Part shown: one piece after another, positions 55,601 through 64,000 of the stretch
Layout of the letters: every line of letters begins with the position of its first letter
Position numbering within the stretch: the first letter of the stretch is position 1
Origin: Auanema rhodensis
Taxonomy: Eukaryota; Animalia; Nematoda
Assembly: GCA_964057225.1 (NCBI GenBank)
Contig: OZ059896.1
Span: forward strand, 13,578,001-13,642,000
DNA: 64,000 nucleotides
Reading direction: 5' to 3'
Translations under genes and position numbers: made by a program
The notes under the pieces: generated by a model
What the model was told of the DNA's origin: nothing
Seen by the model: only the letters and a program-made list of their open reading frames with translations
The model's database searches: none

Positions 55601-58600
55601 TTCCATGATCGAAGAGAAAAAAGGGGAATCACCGGTCGCATCGTGAACACAGCCTGAACTTTTTTGTGAACAATCTTGTGGGTGTGCTTGGTATAAACCG
55701 TTTTTCCGGAAAATGGAGAGGTCTAAGCCTTTTCTAAGTCGGATATTCAGATTCTTCATGTTTCAATACCCAAGTTCAGAATGTTTTTGTTTGAAAACAT
55801 TCCATGATCGAAGAGAAAAACGGGGAATCACCGGTCACATCGTGAACACAGCCTGAACCTTTTTGTGAACAATCTTGTGGGTGTGCTTGGTATAAACCGT
55901 TTTTCCGGAAAATGGAGAGGTCTAAGCCTTTTCTAAGTCGGATATTCAGATTCTTCATGTTTCAATACCCAAGTTCAGAATGTTTTTCTTTGAAAACATT
56001 CCATGATCGAAGAGAAAAACGGGGAATCACCGGTCACATCGTGAACACAGCCTGAACCTTTCTGTGAACAATCTTGTGGGTGTGCTTGGTATAAACCGTT
56101 TTTCCGGAAAATGGAGAGGTCTAAGCCTTTTCTAAGTCGGATATTCAGATTCTTCATGTTTCATTACCCAAGTTCAGAATGTTTTTGTTTGAAAACATTC
56201 CATGATCGAAGAGAAAAAAGGGGAATCACCGGTCGCATCGTGAACACAGCCTGAACTTTTTTGTGAACAATCTTGTGGGTGTGCTTGGTATAAACCGTTT
56301 TTCCGGAAAATGGAGAGGTCTAAGCCTTTTCTAAGTCGGATATTCAGATTCTTCATGTTTCAATACCCAAGTTCAGAATGTTTTTGTTTGAAAACATTCC
56401 ATGATCGAAGAGAAAAACGGGGAATCACCGGTCACATCGTGAACACAGCCTGAACCTTTTTGTGAACAATCTTGTGGGTGTGCTTGGTATAAACCGTTTT
56501 TCCGGAAAATGGAGAGGTCTAAGCCTTTTCTAAGTCGGATATTCAGATTCTTCATGTTTCATTACCCAAGTTCGGAATGTTTTTGTTTGAAAACATTTCA
56601 TGATCGAAGAGAAAAACGGGGAATCACCGGTCACATCGTGAACACAGCCTGAACCTTTTTGTGAACAATCTTGTGGGTGTGCTTGGTATAAACCGTTTTT
56701 CCGGAAAATGGAGAGGTCTAAGCCTTTTCTAAGTCGGATATTCAGATTCTTCATGTTTCATTACCCAAGTTCAGAATGTATTTGTTTGAAAACATTCCAT
56801 GATCGAAGAGAAAAAAGGGGAATCACCGGTCGCATCGTGAACACAGCCTGAACTTTTTTGTGAACAATCTTGTGGGTGTGCTTGGTATAAACCGTTTTTC
56901 CGGAAAATGGAGAGGTCTAAGCCTTTTCTAAGTCGGATATTCAGATTCTTCATGTTTCAATACCCAAGTTCAGAATGTTTTTGTTTGAAAACATTCCATG
57001 ATCGAAGAGAAAAACGGGGAATCACCGGTCACATCGTGAACACAGCCTGAACCTTTTTGTGAACAATCTTGTGGGTGTGCTTGGTATAAACCGTTTTTCC
57101 GGAAAATGGAGAGGTCTAAGCCTTTTCTAAGTCGGATATTCAGATTCTTCATGTTTCATTACCCAAGTTCGGAATGTTTTTGTTTGAAAACATTTCATGA
57201 TCGAAGAGAAAAACGGGGAATCACCGGTCACATCGTGAACACAGCCTGAACCTTTTTGTGAACAATCTTGTGGGTGTGCTTGGTATAAACCGTTTTTCCG
57301 GAAAATGGAGAGGTCTAAGCCTTTTCTAAGTCGGATATTCAGATTCTTCATGTTTCATTACCCAAGTTCAGAATGTTTTTGTTTGAAAACATTCCATGAT
57401 CGAAGAGAAAAAAGGGGAATCACCGGTCGCATCGTGAACACAGCCTGAACTTTTTTGTGAACAATCTTGTGGGTGTGCCTGGTATAAACCCTTTTTCCGG
57501 AAAATGGAGAGGTCTAAGCCTTTTCTAAGTCGGATATTCAGATTCTTCATGTTTCATTACCCAAGTTCAGAATGTTTTTGTTTGAAAACATTTCATGATC
57601 GAAGAGAAAAACGGGGAATCACCGGTCACATCGTGAGCACAGCCTGAACTTTTTTGTGAACAATCTTGTGGGTGTGCTTGGTATAAACCGTTTTTCCGGA
57701 AAATGGAGAGGTCCAAGCTAAATCTGAGTCGGATATTCAGATTCTTCATGTTTCAATACCCAAGTTCAGAATGTTTTTGTTTGAAAACATTCCATGATCG
57801 AAGAGAAAAACGGGGAATCACCGGTCACATCGTGAGCACAGCCTGAACTTTTTTGTGAACAATCTTGTGGGTGTGCTTGGTATAAACCGTTTTTCCGGAA
57901 AATGGAGAGGTCCAAGCTGAATCTGAGTCGGATATTCAGATTCTTCATGTTTCAATACCCAAGTTCAGAATGTTTTTGTTTGAAAACATTCCATGATCGA
58001 AGAGAAAAACGGGGAATCACCGGTCACATCGTGAGCACAGCCTGAACTTTTTTGTGAACAATCTTGTGGGTGTGCTTGGTATAAACCGTTTTTCCGGAAA
58101 ATGGAGAGGTCCAAGCTAAATCTGAGTCGGATATTCAGATTCTTCATGTTTCATTACCCAAGTTCAGAATGTTTTTGTTTGAAAACATTTCATGATCGAA
58201 GAGAAAAACGGGGAATCACCGGTCACATCGTGAGCACAGCCTGAACCTTTTTGTGAACAATCTTGTGGGTGTGCTTGGTATAAACCGTTTTTCCGGAAAA
58301 CGGAGAGGTCTAAGCCTTTTCTAAGTCGGATATTCAGATTCTTCATGTTTCATTACCCAAGTTCGGAATGTTTTTGTTCGAAAACATTTCATGATCGAAG
58401 AGTAAAACGGGGAATCACCGGTCACATCGTGAACACAGCCTGAACCTTTTTGTGAACAATCTTGTGGGTGTGCTTGGTATAAACCGTTTTTCCGGAAAAT
58501 GGAGAGGTCTAAGCCTTTTCTAAGTCGGATATTCAGATTCTTCATGTTTCATTACCCAAGTTCAGAATGTTTTTGTTTGAAAACATTCCATGATCGAAGA

Positions 58601-61600
58601 GAAAAAAGGGGAATCACCGGTCACATCGTGAGCACAGCCTGAACTTTTTTGTGAACAATCTTGTGGGTGTGCTTGGTATAAACCGTTTTTCCGGAAAATG
58701 GAGAGGTCTAAGCCTTTTCTAAGTCGGATATTCAGATTCTTCATGTTTCATTACCCAAGTTCGGAATGTTTTTGTTTGAAAACATTTCATGATCGAAGAG
58801 AAAAACGGGGAATCACCGGTCACATCGTGAACACAGCCTGAACCTTTTTGTGAACAATCTTGTGGGTGTGCTTGGTATAAACCGTTTTTCCGGAAAATGG
58901 AGAGGTCTAAGCCTTTTCTAAGTCGGATATTCAGATTCTTCATGTTTCATTACCCAAGTTCAGAATGTTTTTGTTTGAAAACATTCCATGATCGAAGAGA
59001 AAAAAGGGGAATCACCGGTCACATCGTGAGCACAGCCTGAACTTTTTTGTGAACAATCTTGTGGGTGTGCTTGGTATAAACCGTTTTTCCGGAAAATGGA
59101 GAGGTCTAAGCCTTTTCTAAGTCGGATATTCTGATTCTTCATGTTTCATTACCCAAGTTCGGAATGTTTTTGTTTGAAAACATTTCATGATCGAAGAGAA
59201 AAACGGGGAATCACCGGTCACATCGTGAACACAGCCTGAACCTTTTTGTGAACAATCTTGTGGGTGTGCTTGGTATAAACCGTTTTTCCGGAAAATGGAG
59301 AGGTCTAAGCCTTTTCTAAGTCGGATATTCAGATTCTTCATGTTTCATTACCCAAGTTCAGAATGTTTTTGTTCGAAAACATTCCATGATCGAAGAGAAA
59401 AAAGGGGAATCACCGGTCACATCGTGAGCACAGCCTGAACTTTTTTGTGAACAATCTTGTGGGTGTGCTTGGTATAAACCATTTTTCCGGAAAATGGAGA
59501 GGTCTAAGCCTTTTCTAAGTCTGATATTCAGATTCTTCATGTTTCATTACTCAAGTTCAGAATGTTTTTGTTTGAAAACATTCCATGATCGAAGAGAAAA
59601 AAGGGGAATCACCGGTCGCATCGTGAACACAGCCTGAACTTTTTTGTGAACAATCTTGTGGGTGTGCCTGGTATAAACCCTTTTTCCGGAAAATGGAGAG
59701 GTCTAAGCCTTTTCTAAGTCGGATATTCAGATTCTTCATGTTTCATTACCCAAGTTCAGAATGTTTTTGTTTGAAAACATTTCATGATCGAAGAGAAAAA
59801 CGGGGAATCACCGGTCACATCATGAGCACAGCCTGAACTTTTTTGTGAACAATCTTGTGGGTGTGCTTGGTATAAACCGTTTTTCCGGAAAATGGAGAGG
59901 TCTAAGCCTTTTCTAAGTCGGATATTCAGATTCTTCATGTTTCATTACCGAAGTACAGAATGTTTTTGTTTGAAAACATTCCATGATCGAAGAGAAAAAC
60001 GGGGAATCACCGGTCACATCGTGAACACAGCCTGAACCTTTTTGTGAACAATCTTGTGGGTGTGCTTGGTATAAACCGTTTTTCCGGAAAATGGAGAGGT
60101 CCAAGCTAAATCTGAGTCGGATATTCAGATTCTTCATGTTTCATTACCCAAGTTCGGAATGTTTTTGTTTGAAAACATTTCATGATCGAAGAGAAAAACG
60201 GGGAATCACCGGTCACATCGTGAGCACAGCCTGAACTTTTTTGTGAACAATCTTGTGGGTGTGCCTGGTATAAACCGTTTTTCCGGAAAATGGAGAGGTC
60301 CAAGCTAAATCTGAGTTGGATATTCAGATTCTTCATGTTTCAATACCCAAGTTCAGAATGTTTTTGTTTGAAAACATTTCATGATCGAAGAGAAAAACGG
60401 GGAATCACCGGTCACATCGTGAACACAGCCTGAACCTTTTTGTGAACAATCTTGTGGGTGTGCTTGGTATAAACCGTTTTTCCGGAAAATGGAGAGGTCT
60501 AAGCCTTTTCTAAGTCGGATATTCAGATTCTTCATGTTTCATTACCCAAGTTCGGAATGTTTTTGTTTGAAAACATTTCATGATCGAAGAGAAAAACGGG
60601 GAATCACCGGTCACATCGTGAACACAGCCTGAACCTTTTTGTGAACAATCTTGTGGGTGTGCTTGGTATAAACCGTTTTTCCGGAAAATGGAGAGGTCTA
60701 AGCCTTTTCTAAGTCGGATATTCAGATTCTTCATGTTTCATTACCCAAGTTCAGAATGTATTTGTTTGAAAACATTCCATGATCGAAGAGAAAAAAGGGG
60801 AATCACCGGTCGCATCGTGAACACAGCCTGAACTTTTTTGTGAACAATCTTGTGGGTGTGCTTGGTATAAACCGTTTTTCCGGAAAATGGAGAGGTCTAA
60901 GCCTTTTCTAAGTCGGATATTCAGATTCTTCATGTTTCAATACCCAAGTTCAGAATGTTTTTGTTTGAAAACATTCCATGATCGAAGAGAAAAACGGGGA
61001 ATCACCGGTCACATCGTGAACACAGCCTGAACCTTTTTGTGAACAATCTTGTGGGTGTGCTTGGTATAAACCGTTTTTCCGGAAAATGGAGAGGTCTAAG
61101 CCTTTTCTAAGTCGGATATTCAGATTCTTCATGTTTCATTACCCAAGTTCGGAATGTTTTTGTTTGAAAACATTTCATGATCGAAGAGAAAAACGGGGAA
61201 TCACCGGTCACATCGTGAACACAGCCTGAACCTTTTTGTGAACAATCTTGTGGGTGTGCTTGGTATAAACCGTTTTTCCGGAAAATGGAGAGGTCTAAGC
61301 CTTTTCTAAGTCGGATATTCAGATTCTTCATGTTTCATTACCCAAGTTCAGAATGTTTTTGTTTGAAAACATTCCATGATCGAAGAGAAAAAAGGGGAAT
61401 CACCGGTCGCATCGTGAACACAGCCTGAACTTTTTTGTGAACAATCTTGTGGGTGTGCCTGGTATAAACCCTTTTTCCGGAAAATGGAGAGGTCTAAGCC
61501 TTTTCTAAGTCGGATATTCAGATTCTTCATGTTTCATTACCCAAGTTCAGAATGTTTTTGTTTGAAAACATTTCATGATCGAAGAGAAAAACGGGGAATC

Positions 61601-64000
61601 ACCGGTCACATCGTGAGCACAGCCTGAACTTTTTTGTGAACAATCTTGTGGGTGTGCTTGGTATAAACCGTTTTTCCGGAAAATGGAGAGGTCCAAGCTA
61701 AATCTGAGTCGGATATTCAGATTCTTCATGTTTCAATACCCAAGTTCAGAATGTTTTTGTTTGAAAACATTCCATGATCGAAGAGAAAAACGGGGAATCA
61801 CCGGTCACATCGTGAGCACAGCCTGAACTTTTTTGTGAACAATCTTGTGGGTGTGCTTGGTATAAACCGTTTTTCCGGAAAATGGAGAGGTCCAAGCTGA
61901 ATCTGAGTCGGATATTCAGATTCTTCATGTTTCAATACCCAAGTTCAGAATGTTTTTGTTTGAAAACATTCCATGATCGAAGAGAAAAACGGGGAATCAC
62001 CGGTCACATCGTGAGCACAGCCTGAACTTTTTTGTGAACAATCTTGTGGGTGTGCTTGGTATAAACCGTTTTTCCGGAAAATGGAGAGGTCCAAGCTAAA
62101 TCTGAGTCGGATATTCAGATTCTTCATGTTTCATTACCCAAGTTCAGAATGTTTTTGTTTGAAAACATTTCATGATCGAAGAGAAAAACGGGGAATCACC
62201 GGTCACATCGTGAGCACAGCCTGAACCTTTTTGTGAACAATCTTGTGGGTGTGCTTGGTATAAACCGTTTTTCCGGAAAACGGAGAGGTCTAAGCCTTTT
62301 CTAAGTCGGATATTCAGATTCTTCATGTTTCATTACCCAAGTTCGGAATGTTTTTGTTCGAAAACATTTCATGATCGAAGAGTAAAACGGGGAATCACCG
62401 GTCACATCGTGAACACAGCCTGAACCTTTTTGTGAACAATCTTGTGGGTGTGCTTGGTATAAACCGTTTTTCCGGAAAATGGAGAGGTCTAAGCCTTTTC
62501 TAAGTCGGATATTCAGATTCTTCATGTTTCATTACCCAAGTTCAGAATGTTTTTGTTTGAAAACATTCCATGATCGAAGAGAAAAAAGGGGAATCACCGG
62601 TCACATCGTGAGCACAGCCTGAACTTTTTTGTGAACAATCTTGTGGGTGTGCTTGGTATAAACCGTTTTTCCGGAAAATGGAGAGGTCTAAGCCTTTTCT
62701 AAGTCGGATATTCAGATTCTTCATGTTTCATTACCCAAGTTCGGAATGTTTTTGTTTGAAAACATTTCATGATCGAAGAGAAAAACGGGGAATCACCGGT
62801 CACATCGTGAACACAGCCTGAACCTTTTTGTGAACAATCTTGTGGGTGTGCTTGGTATAAACCGTTTTTCCGGAAAATGGAGAGGTCTAAGCCTTTTCTA
62901 AGTCGGATATTCAGATTCTTCATGTTTCATTACCCAAGTTCAGAATGTTTTTGTTTGAAAACATTCCATGATCGAAGAGAAAAAAGGGGAATCACCGGTC
63001 ACATCGTGAGCACAGCCTGAACTTTTTTGTGAACAATCTTGTGGGTGTGCTTGGTATAAACCGTTTTTCCGGAAAATGGAGAGGTCTAAACCTTTTCTAA
63101 GTCGGATATTCTGATTCTTCATGTTTCATTACCCAAGTTCGGAATGTTTTTGTTTGAAAACATTTCATGATCGAAGAGAAAAACGGGGAATCACCGGTCA
63201 CATCGTGAACACAGCCTGAACCTTTTTGTGAACAATCTTGTGGGTGTGCTTGGTATAAACCGTTTTTCCGGAAAATGGAGAGGTCTAAGCCTTTTCTAAG
63301 TCGGATATTCAGATTCTTCATGTTTCATTACCCAAGTTCAGAATGTTTTTGTTCGAAAACATTCCATGATCGAAGAGAAAAAAGGGGAATCACCGGTCAC
63401 ATCGTGAGCACAGCCTGAACTTTTTTGTGAACAATCTTGTGGGTGTGCTTGGTATAAACCATTTTTCCGGAAAATGGAGAGGTCTAAGCCTTTTCTAAGT
63501 CTGATATTCAGATTCTTCATGTTTCATTACTCAAGTTCAGAATGTTTTTGTTTGAAAACATTCCATGATCGAAGAGAAAAAAGGGGAATCACCGGTCGCA
63601 TCGTGAACACAGCCTGAACTTTTTTGTGAACAATCTTGTGGGTGTGCCTGGTATAAACCCTTTTTCCGGAAAATGGAGAGGTCTAAGCCTTTTCTAAGTC
63701 GGATATTCAGATTCTTCATGTTTCATTACCCAAGTTCAGAATGTTTTTGTTTGAAAACATTTCATGATCGAAGAGAAAAACGGGGAATCACCGGTCACAT
63801 CATGAGCACAGCCTGAACTTTTTTGTGAACAATCTTGTGGGTGTGCTTGGTATAAACCGTTTTTCCGGAAAATGGAGAGGTCTAAGCCTTTTCTAAGTCG
63901 GATATTCAGATTCTTCATGTTTCATTACCGAAGTACAGAATGTTTTTGTTTGAAAACATTCCATGATCGAAGAGAAAAACGGGGAATCACCGGTCACATC
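52692..64000 (-). repeat. Long 199-bp satellite array (~57 monomers, runs off the window), inverted relative to the first array, with higher-order repeats
   Basis: Strict 199-bp period. Diagnostic variants recur at 2985 bp and 3980 bp spacings. Confidence 0.97.

Noticed and set aside
52689-63918. Dozens of 60/74-aa ORFs (MKNLNIRLRKG...) as a tandem gene family
   Set aside because: They are translations of the 199-bp satellite. There is only ~16 bp between ORFs, no promoter or splice context, and stop codons are gained and lost among units.
45264-64000. CRISPR-like array associated with an RT/recombinase
   Set aside because: Units are contiguous near-identical monomers with no unique spacers, there are no cas genes, and the RT/YR belong to a DIRS element in eukaryotic DNA.

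Overview
AT-rich eukaryotic DNA, almost certainly nematode: short GT-AG introns with TTTCAG acceptors, and clear relatives of C. elegans genes. Bases 1-45,000 are euchromatin-like. They hold pig-1/MELK kinase, an uncharacterised gene just upstream of it, an MFS-type membrane protein, two small 3-exon secreted-protein genes, tRNA-Lys(CTT), a PAN/apple+ZP cuticlin-like gene, an npr-1-like neuropeptide GPCR with a long microsatellite-rich upstream region, and a partial MFSD8-like gene. At about 45.0-45.3 kb the sequence switches abruptly to repeats. A + strand array of exactly nine 199-bp satellite monomers carries a structurally complete ~4.46-kb DIRS1-type tyrosine-recombinase retrotransposon (159-bp ITRs, ICR, right extension, gag / RT-RNaseH-MT / YR) inserted at a TT. 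A 1.2-kb unique spacer follows, then a >11-kb array of the same satellite in inverted orientation with 15- and 20-monomer higher-order repeats. All gene models and repeat comparisons were made by eye; coordinates of multi-exon genes span introns and no database searches were run.
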